In this document: one piece after another, positions 1 through 11,999 of the stretch
Layout of the letters: every line of letters starts with the position of its first letter
Position numbering within the stretch: position 1 is the stretch's first letter
From: Camelus ferus
Lineage: Eukaryota
DNA length: 64,000 bases
Assembly: GCF_009834535.1 (NCBI RefSeq)
Contig: NC_045696.1
Span: forward strand, 8,992,001 to 9,056,000
Direction: 5' to 3'
Translations under genes and position numbers: made by a program
Notes under the pieces: model-generated
What the model was told of the DNA's origin: nothing
The model's database searches: none
The model's input: the letters and a program-made list of their open reading frames with translations, nothing else

Positions 1-392
1 GTACAGCATCGTGATTCAGTTATACATACATTTATATTATTTTCATTATGCGTTATTACAAGCTATTGAATAGTTCCCTTTGCTACACAGTAGGACCTTG
101 TTGTTTATGTATTTTATATATAGTAGTTTGTACCTGCTAATCCCAAAGACCTAATTTATCCCTCCCCCACTTTTCCCCTTTGGTCACCATAAGTTTATTT
201 TCCACGTCTGTAAGTCTATTTCTATTTTGTAAATAAATTCATTTGTGTCCTCTTTTCAGATTCCACATGTAAGTAATACTGTGTGGTATCTGTCTTTCTC
301 TGTCTGACTTATTTCACTTAGTATGATCATCTCTGGGTTCATCCATGTTGCTACAAATGGCAGTATTTCAATTTTTTTTATGGCTGAGCGGT
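1..392 (-). mobile_element. L1 LINE 3' UTR fragment (artiodactyl-type), truncated
   Basis: Antisense L1 3'UTR motifs: GTGATTCAGTTATACAT, TTCCCTTTGCTACACAGTAGG, GATTCCACATGTAAGT, CATCCATGTTGCTACAAATGGC, TTTTATGGCTGAG; abuts ERV-L sequence. Confidence 0.85.
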
Positions 393-830
393 ATGGAACG
401 GCCATTTTAACACACATTTACAGTGCCAGCTAGGTACCAATACTTTGCAGGGCTGGGGCAAGGCTCTCCAGAAGGCCGTATATACCCTGAATCAACGTTC
501 AGTACACGGTGCTGTTTCTCCCATAGCCCAGATTCACAGGCCCAGGAATCAAGGGTGGAAGGGGAGAGGCACCACCCACCATGACCCTCAGTGACCCACT
601 AGCAAAACTTTTGCTTCCTGTTCCCATGACCTTAAGCTCTGTTGGCCCAGAGGTCTCAGTTCCAAAGGGCAGAGTGCTTCCACCAGGAGACACAACGATT
701 CCATTGAACTGGAAGTTAAGACAGTCACTGGGCTACTTTGGGTTCCTCATGCTTCTGAATGAACAGGCCAAGAAGGGAGTGACTGTGCTGGCTGGGGTGA
801 CTGATTCTGAGCCACCAAAGGGAAAATGGA
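393..830 (+). mobile_element. ERV-L internal fragment (decayed integrase C-terminus + dUTPase-like region)
   Basis: Translates to LQGWGKALQKAVYTLNQR and, in ORF 581-877, PGDTTIPLNWKLR..GYFGFLMLLNEQAKKGVTVLAGV, matching recalled HERV-L/MERV-L pol 3' region. Confidence 0.85.
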
Positions 831-1072
831 CTTCACCTGGGCCTCCTGGAGGTCTCAGGACTTGTCAGCCTCCATAATTACATCAGCCAATTCCTTACCG
901 TAAACATTTCTATAATAAATCTCTTTATATAATATATAATATTTATATATAACATTATATAAATATACACAAATTGTATATTTTTATACATCACATATAA
1001 AAATAAATATATTATATATACATATATATACTTACTATTGATTCTGCTTCTCTGTAGAATCCTAATTAATTT
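831..1072 (+). mobile_element. MLT2 (ERV-L) LTR, 3' half with expanded TA-rich tract
   Basis: GGACTTGTCAGCCTCCATAATT..AGCCAATTCC..AATAAATCTC..(TA)n..CTATTGATTCTGCTTCTCTGTAGAATCCTAA is the typical MLT2 3' end. Confidence 0.8.
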
Positions 1073-1074
1073 CA

Positions 1075-1432
1075 AAATAGTTATCAAAATCGTTTTTTAA
1101 AAAGTTGTAAACAGGAACAGTCATGCTTCTTTATTAACTCATGAAATAACAAGGCCTATCACCAGTCTGAATGATGTAATTCAGGGTGGTGATGAGCAGA
1201 CGCAATACTGTGATGCGTTTGTAACAATTGAAACATGGTTTAAAAATATCTGTGGTTTCTACTGGTGAGGACATCGAATGTTCTTCTAATACCTGTTCTC
1301 TATTTTGTGATGGAAGAAAATTCTACATTTGAGTTAGAGGTTAGGAAAAATAAAGATGTGTTTTTGTCCTAAACAAGCTCGTAAGAATCCTCCCTGTGGG
1401 TCCCTCGGGGTCCATGCAGCCCAAGAATAGGA
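1075..1432. mobile_element. old hAT DNA transposon remnant (family uncertain)
   Basis: GAGTTAGAGGTTAGGAAAAATAAAGATGT...GGGGTCCATGCAGCCC resembles a recalled hAT terminal region. Confidence 0.45.
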
Positions 1433-2224
1433 CATCTGAGATAAAGACAGACTACCGCTCCTCCGCGCCTTCCTGGATGACTTCCCTTTGAGGAACCACC
1501 TTTAAAGGGACAGAGTAAAGAGCCAGCGGGCTCTTTGATTCTCAGGATAACCAAACATCTGAACAATATTATGTGCACAATAGACAAGGAAACTGCAGGA
1601 CTGACTTTGGTTATAAAAGAGAGAGAGAGAGAGAGTGAAGCGTCCTTTTCCATGATGATTGGTCGTGGAGACAAAAACTAGATTTCTTCTGCAAACTATT
1701 TTGGCCCCCGGGCCCCTAGCCTAGTGCTTCCGTGTTGCAGACACTCAATATTATTTCCTGAATTAATGATCACAGGGGCAGGGATTGATGAACTTACAGA
1801 TGTCAAAGTTGCAAAGAGCGCAGTGGACTCACATGGGTGGTTTTATTTGTTCGTCTCCAGTGTGTCCCTCCTCTCTTCTCACGCCATCTGTGAGGCTTGT
1901 TCAGAGGCTAACTTCCCTTAGAGCAGCTGGCTCTCTTGGGCATCACCAGCCAGAAGCCAGGTAGCCTTACATTCGGTTCCTTCTGCACCAAAGGCAAAGG
2001 GAGCGAGATGACTCTGTCCAAATGACTTGGCATTCACTGTTGGTTTTCACACGGAGGAGAGCAAGGCTATGTCTCCTCAGGAACTCGGCCCTCATTGGTT
2101 AATGGGTCCTTTACTAAATGCACTCAGGAGAGCCAAGCACCCTCCTCATCAGATAAGAGGTTTCGCCATTTCAAGCAACTATATTTTGTGTTAATGAACT
2201 TACATATGAATCCTACTGTCTGCC

Positions 2225-2870
2225 CCAAGGAGAAATAGAAAATACAAAAAGAGGAACAAATATTTATCAAATCCTACAACTCAAATATACATACAACTAA
2301 TATTTTATCATATTCGCTTCAAGACTGTATTAGCTTTTTTCCTTCCCTGTGGGGATTTTTGTCAAGGAGAATGGGAAAGGGGGATTGTATATGCTTGTGA
2401 TGATTTTAGCATATGCTATCTTGTTTCCTTTCCCCATTTCTTAATATAATAGCTTTTTATTTTATACATATAAATTGTGTGTGTATATATATACAATTTA
2501 TATGTATATGATAAAAATAAATGTATGTCTATAATAAAAATAAACATTATGTCTATACGAAATAAAAAATAAATTAAAAAATAAAATATAATAAAAATAA
2601 ATATATACGCATATATGCTTTTATTTATCAGTATTCTTTTAATGGCTACATATTAACTTATCAATTAAATGTGTTCTCAGTAACAATACCTTCTCACTAT
2701 TTCATCTTTTCTCTGTTACAGACAAGGCTCCCATGATCATCTCCATCCATCTATTTTTTCCTGTACTCACTTTTTCTTTGGGATGGTTTCCTAGAAGTGC
2801 AAATCCTGCATCAAAGAATGATAATTCTTAAGGCTCTTAATTTAAGTGTCAATCAAGCTGCTCTCAATAT
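2225..2870 (-). mobile_element. degenerate L1ME-type fragment with AT-rich low-complexity insert
   Basis: TTCTTTTTAATGGCTACATA, TTTCCTAGAAGTGCAAATCCTGCATCAAAG are antisense old-L1 3' motifs. Confidence 0.5.
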
Positions 2871-3004
2871 GGTTTCTTAAACTTGAATATATTGATGGCT
2901 TCTTTACCTAGTCCAGGGGAAATTCTTGAAAGTCTCAAACCATTGATTTTCTTTCCTGCCAAACAAATCTGGAACTTTCTCAGTGCCAGCACTTGAGGGG
3001 CAGG

Positions 3005-3280
3005 ATATACAGCACAATATGGTTAAAAACACAGGCTTGGAGTTACATGCATGGTTTCAAACCCCAGCTCCGCCTCTTCCTGCTGGGTGACCCGGGGCCA
3101 GTTAACCAACCCCTCTGTGCCGAAATTTCCTTATACGAAAAGCTGGGCCCAGAAGTTGATGTTGGTAAATACGATTAAATAGCCTGCAAAACTTCCTTAA
3201 TAAATAATAATACTTACCACATAGGGATGCCATGAAGATTAAATGAGCTGTTATGTGTTAAGTGGTTTGTCATCTGGGAT
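3005..3280 (+). mobile_element. MIR SINE
   Basis: TTCAAACCCCAGCTCCGCCTCTT..GGGTGACC..AATAATACTTACCACATAGGG..GAAGATTAAATGAG. Confidence 0.75.
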
Positions 3281-3329
3281 GACTTCAAAACTGGTTTTAC
3301 TGTCGGCCCCTGAGAGCACAGTGTGCAGT

Positions 3330-5290
3330 AACTGGTCCTGTAAACACTGATAAACTTGAGGCAGAGTTTGCCATCCTATTGTTTGCTTTCTACTTGCCCT
3401 GTTTCTATATTCCTTTTTCCTCTGCTCTTGCATGATTTTGGTTTTATGGCTTATTCACACTTTGTCCTGCTCCCCGTCCGTGAACGTGGGGGTCACCGTT
3501 TTTTCACGGCTGACTTAGAGATCTCTGCCCGCCTGCTTGGCTCACCAGTTGAATTCACCTCATTCGGACAACGCAGGAACTGCTTCCACCTCCCTTGCAA
3601 CTCATTTGCTATTGTCATTTATTCGAATTGCATACATATTTCATACCTATTCAAATATTAGTATCTTAGATTTGTAGGGTCAACATTCATGTCAATTTAC
3701 AGACACAGACGCCTTTTCTTATTCTTCAGTCCTTCCTGCAGCTCCAAGTCCCCATCTGGGATCACTTTCCTTCCTCCTGAAGAATGATTTTTATGTTTCC
3801 TGCCCTTTAATATTGTGCTAGTAAGTGCAAGCTTACCAGTGACAAATTCTCTCTGTTGTTTGTTTTTATGAAAATGGCCTTAATTTGCCTTCATTCTTGA
3901 AGAATATCTTTCACCCAATATAGAATTCTAGGTTGGAAATTAACTTAAAGCATTTTGAAAATTTTCTTTTATTACATTCTGGCTCCTATTATTTATTTTA
4001 TTCTATATTTCATTTTAAATTTTATTTTATTATTTTATTAATTTTACTTTATTGTTTTTATTTATATTTTACAATTTGTGTTATTTTATTGTTTATTTTA
4101 TTTTACATTTTATGTGTTTAATAATTATATTTTATTTTAAATTTCATTATTTTATTTCATTATTTTGATTTATTTTATTTTTGGGGGTGACAGCCGTCAG
4201 TCCACTACTGCTCCTTTGAAGTCAAGACACTTTGAAGTGTCTTTCTTCTTCTGGTCACTTATAAGATTTCTTCTCATTGTCATTGATTTTCAGCCATTTC
4301 CTCAGGTGTGATTTTCTCTGGATTGATAATGCTTCTTGAATCTCTACCAGTTTGGAAATTTGTCGACCACTACCTTTGTGTCCATCCCATTTTCTTTCTT
4401 TTATTCTTCTGGAAGGGACTTCATTACCTGTATGACAAATCTCACGGTGTTCCCTTTGTCTCTTACCCTTTCTTCTGTGGTTTTCATTCTTTTTTCTTTA
4501 TATGATTTTTCTGGGTATTTTCTTTGAATCTATCTTTCAATCCACTGATTCTCTCTTATTCTTTAATATGCTTCACTCTTTCCACTGTTTTTAATTTCAG
4601 TTATTGCACTTTTCAATTCTAAAATTTCCCTTCAGTTATCCTGACAGTTCCCAATTTTTTTTCAAAATTCTTCATCTTTTCTTGCATCTCTTTGATGATT
4701 TACACTGTATTTTAAATTCTGTTGTTGGTAACTCTAATCTGGAGTCCTTCAGGGTCTGCCTCTATTGTTTTTTCTTATTCTCTCCTAGGTCTCGATATTT
4801 TTGATGAGCTACCTGCTGTATGTAAAAAATTATAAAATTTATTTAAGACTGTAATTTCCTAAAGAGATGATTTACTTTTGTTTGCGGCCAGGAGCACCAG
4901 CATTGTAGGGTCAATGTCAAGGACTGAGATGATCCTAAGGCAGGCTTTGCTCCCCCAGGGCTGTGCTGCTTCCACTCATGCTGGCTCCAAGGACGTAGGA
5001 CTTGGTTGTCTCAACCCAAAGCATGAGAGGTTTTCCAAGCCCTTCCTGCTGGGGGGCCCTGAGCTCTGATTTTTTTTTCTCCGACTCACTGTGTGAAGTT
5101 GGAAAAAGCTCTGCATATATTTTCAAGTTCTTAGCTCCCTTTTCCAGAATCCCATTCACCTTTAGAATCAAAATGATCCCAAATGCTGGGACCATCTCTG
5201 TGTATTTCTATCTTCTCCTGGATCCTGGCCTTGTAAATCTTCACTGCGCTGACAACTCTCCAAAGACTTCAGTTACTTCAATTAGATGGG
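3330..5290 (-). mobile_element. old L1M (L1ME/L1M4-like) 5'UTR/ORF1 region
   Basis: CCATCTGGGATCACTTTCCTTC, GTGACAAATTCTCTC, TTGCCTTCATTCTTGAAGAATAT..TATAGAATTCTAGGTTG; T-rich + strand; AT low complexity at ~3960-4180. Confidence 0.7.
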
Positions 5291-5839
5291 AGGTGTGTGT
5301 GTGATCTTCCTCCTTCCCTTCAGCAGAGACTTGGTTCAAATCATCTGCATCACCTAGTCTATTATTTCAAGAAGTAGAAGTTTGGAGTCAAGTTATTCAA
5401 AAGTACGGCTTTCTAAATTATTGTTATGAAAAGAGATCCAGGGGAAAACTTTTTAATTTCAATACTTCCAAACTTATTTTACTACAGATGGCTTTGTTTT
5501 TGTGAAGCAGCCCATAGAACAAATGTCCCATGGCATCTCAATTTACAAAAGGCTTAGATTTCAAAAGGCTGTGTCTCAGAACTTTGCCTTGTAAGTTCAA
5601 AGTGGTGTTGAACAAGGAGCCATTGTATTCACGTTTATGCAAAGTGAAGTTACGAGAGAAGAACTCTGTTTGATGGTTTTGTTGTGACTCATCCCACTCC
5701 ATGTAACAACTGTCATTCTTTCACCACTTTTTTTTTTTTTTTGGATTATTTCTTCTTTTATTTTTATTGCAGTAGTACACACGAAGAACATGGGATTGGT
5801 CAAGAAGGCACTTTGGGACAGGTATGTAATAACATTTTA

Positions 5840-6125
5840 AAACAGGTTTTATTTTTCATCATTTTGTAACAAGCATTCATGTGTGTGTAACTCTATACAA
5901 TGTTATCTAGTGTATGGAACCACGATATGGAACTGTTCTGTCACCACAAGGGAACTCCCTCATGCTGTCCTTTTGTCGTGGTACCCACCATCCTTGTTCC
6001 CTGGCAACCCCCAATCTATCCTCCATCTTTGTAATTCTGTCCTTTCAAAAATATTGTATAAGTGGAATCAAACAGCATGTACGTTTTTCACTAAGCACAA
6101 TGTCCTTGAGGATTCTACCCAGTAA
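5840..6125 (-). mobile_element. L1MB/L1MC 3' UTR fragment
   Basis: CCTGGCAACCCCCAATCTAT..TATAAGTGGAATCAAACAGCATGTA..TTTTCACTAAGCACAATGTCCTTGAG. Confidence 0.75.
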
Positions 6126-6190
6126 GAACATTTTTACTTAATCCAATGTCCTTTCTATCATATCCTTAAAAGGTGCCATTTTCTATTGTC

Positions 6191-6216
6191 TTTTTTTTTT
6201 TTTTTTTTTTTTTTTT
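6191..6216 (+). repeat. poly(T)26 tract followed by ACAG|GTAAGA
   Basis: Read directly from the sequence. Confidence 0.95.
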
Positions 6217-7018
6217 ACAGGTAAGACAGAAAACTGTCTAAAAATGCTAAGTGAATTAGTGGCAGATTTCTTTCAGTCTAGTTCAGAGTTACATAGAATA
6301 GAGCTTGTTTCTCCTAAGGCCAGTCCTTCTTGCTTCCTGACTAGTTTGGAACAACAGGTCAGCTGAAGGTCATGGTTGATAAATAGAATCCACTGAGTAT
6401 TTAATCAGAAGTTTGTTATACAAAAATCAAATTTTTCTTGACTTTGCCTGCAGCAACTATCACAGTATCCCACTAAGTATGGACTACAGAGTGGGTTCCA
6501 TGGAAATCATTCATACACTTACTGTTGAAAGAATGTCTAAATAGAATTTCTAATGTCTGAATAGAATTTCTAAACTCTTAGCTCAAGAGTGGATTACTTC
6601 AAAAACAAGAAATGAATGCATTGACTGTGTCTACAAGTGACGTTTTCTAGTTTTCTTCTTTATCTTCTCTCATCTTTGGGGGTTGGCTTAAAGGTCACCA
6701 AGTTTGGAATGAACCTAATAAAATTCAACAGCTTTCTGCAGTGGTGGAGAATGTTTTTGGAGGGGGCAGGAATATTTCATGAAGTCCAAGAGCAGACATT
6801 AACAATCTGAGGCTTGTAGAATCCCGTAAGAACTCTTGAAGAATCTTAAAAAAAAAAAAAGTACTGGATACAAAGAGGCCTAATTGATCTCTGTAGCCCA
6901 TGTTTTCTCAAATGATCCCACAGAGCCATCCAGTGTAGCTCAAGGAAGCCTTTCACACCAGTCCTTACCTGCTGCAGACTTTCCCTGTGCGAGGCCCAGG
7001 AGAACATCCAGGGACTAG

Positions 7019-7534
7019 TGACACAGGAGGGGCGGGGGCAGGGAACAACCATTAAAAGAATGACCCAACAATTAGTACCAACATGGCGGAAGATTCAACT
7101 CCCAGTAGACCTTGAGCTTCATTGTACTCTCATTGTAATACAATAGCTGCTATATGGCCCTCCCACAGGTGCCATGGCAATTTAAAGGCTGACCATAAAA
7201 GGCCAAAAAGTGGGTGATGGCCCAATGCCTGGGACTCCCAGCCCCTTCCCCAAAGTAGTTGGAATAATCCTTTCACTTATTAGCATATGAAATTACTGAG
7301 TCCATAAAAACTAACAACCGCACACCTCATGGTGGCCCTCTCTTGCCTTCTGAGACCGCCTGCACTCTGTGGAGTGTGTATCTCTTTGAATAAATCTACC
7401 TTTACTTAGCTATGGCTCACTCTTGAATTCTTTCCTGCAAGAAGCCAGGGACCCTCACCTGGTGGGGTGTGTCCCAGGGACTCGCCCAAGACCTGGGACA
7501 CGACCATCCTCTTGTGCCCCATTTTCCCGTATCA
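7019..7534 (+). mobile_element. ERV1 solo LTR, MER41-like
   Basis: TGACAC...GTATCA inverted termini; TATA-like CATAAAA at ~7303; AATAAA at ~7389; CTTGAATTCTTTCCTG and GAAGCCAGGGACCCTC typical of MER41-group U5. TSD not clean (CTAG vs CTGT). Confidence 0.8.
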
Positions 7535-10089
7535 CTGTATAAGCTCCACCTGAGTGCTGATTAGTCTGTAGCAAGTGTAGAGACACTTGGAATGGTAGAA
7601 TTTAGCAACAAGAACGGAAGAGCATCATTGCACAGAATCTTACATGACTGACTTCTTCCTGACCAAACATCCCCCTGGAGTCATATTGTTTGGGAGAGTA
7701 TGAAACATTCTTCCCGGCACAAGCAAATGTAGCAAAGTAATTTTAACTGAAGGAACCACAGCCAGGAAAACATTCACTCTCTCAGGCACATTCCCTCCGG
7801 AACTACCTTCATATGCATCTTCAGAAATGTGTTGGATACTGACGCTGGGGCCATGCTTAAATTCGTGTTCTCCTCTATAGATTCAAGGGCCGATCTTGTA
7901 TTTGGGAAAATTAACTCTTGTCATTTATGCACATCTGTGATAACAGGTGAACTTCTCTCCCTTTAGGACTGTTTTCAATTCATTGAGTTCTTTTCCTCTG
8001 ATGTTCTACCATCATGCCTGGATTTTTTTAAACTTGGACTCACAAGCAATTTGCCTTGTAAGGTATTTTTTATCAGTTTGAAATATGATAAACATTATAG
8101 TGGTTTAGCACAGATTTGGAAGTTGGAAGGTGTTTATCTAAACAGAGGGAGACTTTGAAGACCTTGACATTCTTCCATTAGTGCTTAAAGATTGGTTTTT
8201 CCACCAAATGAGGGAGACCTGTAAAATCCCTCAGCAAGAGAGAGGTAGCAGCTGGGAAGAAAGGTCTTGCCTAACCTTACTGATTTGTAGTTTGGAGGGC
8301 GGACTCAATTTAAGATGTGGAAAATTTAACTTGCAGGAAATAGGCTGAAATGCTGGATATTGAAGATAATGTGTCCTTGGCAAAAGGCAATATCCTTTTT
8401 CTAGGAAGAGAGCTTAAACAAGCCTTATTTAAAATAAAATAAAATAAAAATACAGGGTATATTGGGCACCAAATACGTCTTAAACAAATAACACTTGGGT
8501 GAGTTAACTGTAAAGGTACCAACTGTGCATTAAATTTTCCTCTAAATAAAAAACTCATGGGTATAACAAAAACTAAGGTGGAAAATTAATAGCTTTTTTT
8601 CTCACACAGTAGGGTAGAGGCCACCCACCCAGTCTGGGGGTCCTGCACCTCTCATATTTAAAGTAGATCAAAGAGCTTGAGAAACTAAAGCTGACAATCT
8701 CAGGATATTTTTATAACCCAAAGAGGGAAAAATTGTTTTGCAGTTTCCATTACACACAGAAAAGCAATTAATTTTATTGGGAGGGAGAAGCTTATAATAT
8801 TCAAAGAAACCATATTAAGTGCATATATTGCTCCTCATTTTATTCATGGCACAAATGCCAAAATGCTTCATGGCAATGCTAGGGAAGGAAGGTGCATGGG
8901 AAATGAATATTTTCAGTAATCTTTTATTTAGGTTAATCGTTTGTAGATATCTACTGACTTCTCAAAAATGTCAATGTCTCTAAAGGTAAATTAATATTGT
9001 TGTTCTTTACAGCAAATGGCCATCCATGGTTTTCAGAAAGACCACGAGATAAAGTATAAAATGTTGCCTTAAAAGACCATCAACAACAAAGAGTCTGTTT
9101 TGCAAAAACCCCACCCGTCTAACAATGCGATCATTTTATCGACTTTTCCTTTGGAATATTCCTTCCCGAGATGGGGCTGCCCTGACTTGTAGAAACAATA
9201 AACAATCTTGAGAGATTAAAATAAATGACTGCAGGCTTCTTTTAATTTTTCTGCAAACCTTCTGTGAGAATAAAAGAATCACTATCCTTAAGTCACTGGA
9301 GAATTACATCATTGATCAACTATGTCCCTAGTGGGTAAGAGCTCAAGGTGAGACATGGCGCTTGTGAAAGGAATTGCTTCTTTGGTAAAACCCCTCAGCA
9401 ATTAAAAGCTCCAGACAAAGGGCCTTCTCTCTCCATCTCTTGCACCCTCCACCCTTGCCCACCTCAACGGGGAAAAAGACCAAAAGTTTGGTGGTGGGAA
9501 TGTGACATAATTCTGGTAATATTTTTCCTCTCTCTAAGGTTAATCGTGAAAATATTATGAGTTGTGGGTTTGAAGTGGTTTTGGCTAAAGTGTTTTCAAG
9601 CATTACCAATGTTGAACATTTTGAGAAAAACTTAGCGAATTGAGTTGAAACTTCATTTGTGACTTTTTTTTTCCAGCTCCTCTGCAGTGAGTTTTGGTTC
9701 ATCTTGGAGACACTTCTGGCGCTGGTTCTATGGTGAGGTTCCTGAAAACCACTGCAGAGTCACCATTATGATGGAAAAGAAAGCAAGCTACTAAAAAAAG
9801 TATCTTCTGTTCAGCGGACAAAGACCTTCCTGGGGGAACAGAGTTGAGGTTGGGAGTCTAGACAGCTTTTCTCTGGAAAATGAAATGAAATGCCACAACC
9901 CATCAATAGGATTCTTTAAGATTCGCTTTGGGCAAAGAAAACTATCTGAATTTGTGCTTCTGGGCTGTTATTGCCTATGTCAGTTTGAGGGGTTGATACG
10001 ACCATTGGCAAGTGAAAATGCTTTTACCATTTGGTTAACTCGCCTGGGAGTGTTAACGATGACGGTGATGAAGTTGATACTAGTGGCCG

Positions 10090-10300
10090 AAAGTGAGGGC
10101 TAACTCTGTGCTGGCTCCCCCACCAAGCATTTGATGTGCAAATCCCCGGTTAAACTTGTCAACAATTATCTGAGATAAATATGATCATTCCCACAAAGCA
10201 AAAGGTCATAAAATCTTACCCCATGTGCTCATGGTTGCACAACCAGAAAGGGATGCAGCTGAGAAGGGAGTGTAGATGTCTCTGAGCCTTTACCCATTCT
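10090..10300 (-). mobile_element. degenerate MIR
   Basis: Weak antisense MIR pattern (TTAAACTTGTCAACAA..CATTCCCA..GGTTGCACAACCAG). Confidence 0.45.
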
Positions 10301-10417
10301 ATGATGGTCTTTTACGTCTGTTATATGAAGGTTTTGTACAAAACTTTCCATTGAAAAAGTGAGAAACATTCAGACTCTACCAGCTCTCCCAAACCAGTCT
10401 ATTTTCACTTAATCAGT

Positions 10418-10607
10418 TGTTACGATGAACTGAGTCATGTCCTCCCCCAAATCTCATGTTGAAGCCCTAACCCCCATGGTGACTGTAATTTAAAGATAGG
10501 GCCCAAAAGGAGGTAATTAAAGTTGTGGGATCATAAGTGTGCAGTCTTGATCCCAGAGGATTAGTGGCCTTGTAGGAGACACCAGAGTGCTCTCTCCTCT
10601 GTCTCTG

Positions 10608-10638
<31 letters not shown>

Positions 10639-10821
10639 GCCACATGAGGACAAGATCAGAAGGCAGCTCTGCAAGCCAAGAAAAGTGTCTCACCAGGAAC
10701 CAGATCAACTGGCACCTTGATCTTGGACTTTCTAGCCTCCAGAGCTGTGAATAATAAGTTTCTATTGCTTTGGCCACCCAGTCTGTGGTCTTTTATTGTT
10801 GCAGCCCACTCAGACTAACCA
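10418..10821 (+). mobile_element. MaLR LTR, MLT1A-like, with internal (CTCTGT)n
   Basis: ATGTTGAAGCCCTAACCCCCA, GGCACCTTGATCTTGGACTTTCTAGCCTCCAGAGCTGTGA, CCACCCAGTCTGTGG, GACTAACCA end. Confidence 0.9.
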
Positions 10822-11729
10822 ACTGTCAAAAATAAGAAAGGAGGGAAGAAATATAAGAAAAGAATAAAAAAACAGAAGCAAAAGAAAGAAATCAAGTCAC
10901 TCATAAACACATACATTGTTAGAAAAGTGACCCTTGAGGTCCTTTGTCCACTGTAACCAGCTGGCGGCAGAACAAAGACCACGATTTATGTCAAGTTTAA
11001 TCAATTTTGCTCTTTAAAAGATTTGGTTTAGAAATAACCAGAGGGCTGGTTCATTTTTGTTAATTTTTAGACATAGCTATATTTGAACACAGTAAGGTGG
11101 TAGAATGGTGAAGTGAGTTCTAAGTTTTCAATAAGCATTCTATTCAGTACTTTGTTCCCAAATCATTATAATTCCATAGCAATGCTTAAAGGAGGGACAT
11201 TTGGACTAGCATGTAATTTTCCAAAGCATCCAGAGAAAATACACCTAGTGCCTTTAATTGTCCATGTTCAGAAATGCAATTTGTATTTTCATCTTTCTGG
11301 GTTAAAAGTGTATTTCAGACAGGAAGAGTCTGGAGCTGCACATTAGCCCGGGACAGTCGCACTTCCGGCCACCCCGCCTGCGATCTGAGGCTGCAGCCGC
11401 CCCAGGCACCCTGCCAGCGGGGGAGAGGATTGTAAATCCGGAGAGGGAAATTTTGCAAACCCTTTATGCTTAATTAAAATAAATTTGGAGAAATATACTT
11501 AGGTAAGGAGAAATTCACTGCTTAATACTATGGCTAAATATCACCCTTCCCAGAAAAAAAAAAAAAATTGTAAAATTGCAATAGGGCTATGCATGTGAAA
11601 ACTTGTCAGGAATCCTGGCCAGTGAATCAAACCAGGCGCTTTCATCAGACTTTCTCATCAAAAGCAGCGAAGGATGCTTTTGTATTCCAGGTGTAATTTC
11701 CAGACACAGAAGGAAGTTAAGGGGTTTTC

Positions 11730-11999
11730 TTTTTTTTTTTTTTTAACATTTTTTATTGATTTATAATAATTTTACAATGTTGTGTCAAATTCCAGTGTAG
11801 AGCACAATTTTTCAGTTATACATAAACATATATATATATTCATTGTCACATTTTTTTCTCTGTGAGCTACCATAAGATCTTGTGTATATTTCCCTGTGCC
11901 ACACAGTATAATCTTGTTTATCTGTTCTACATTTTGAAATCCCAGTCTACCCTTCCCACCCCCCACCCCCTTGGCAACCACAAGTTTGTATTCTATGTC
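11730..11999 (-). mobile_element. young 5'-truncated L1 (camelid-type 3' UTR) with TSD
   Basis: Poly(T) head; flanked by 15-bp TSD AGTTAAGGGGTTTTC (11715-11729) / AGTTAAGCGGTTTTC (12000-12014), followed by AA (endonuclease-like site). Confidence 0.92.

Noticed and set aside
581..877. Functional dUTPase gene
   Set aside because: Truncated ERV-L relic that runs into LTR sequence; no promoter or complete domain.
6532..6571. 20-bp tandem duplication AATGTCT(A/G)AATAGAATTTCT
   Set aside because: Ordinary slippage duplication with no sign of function.
11414..11425. CTCF site CCAGCGGGGGAG
   Set aside because: Several mismatches to the core consensus.
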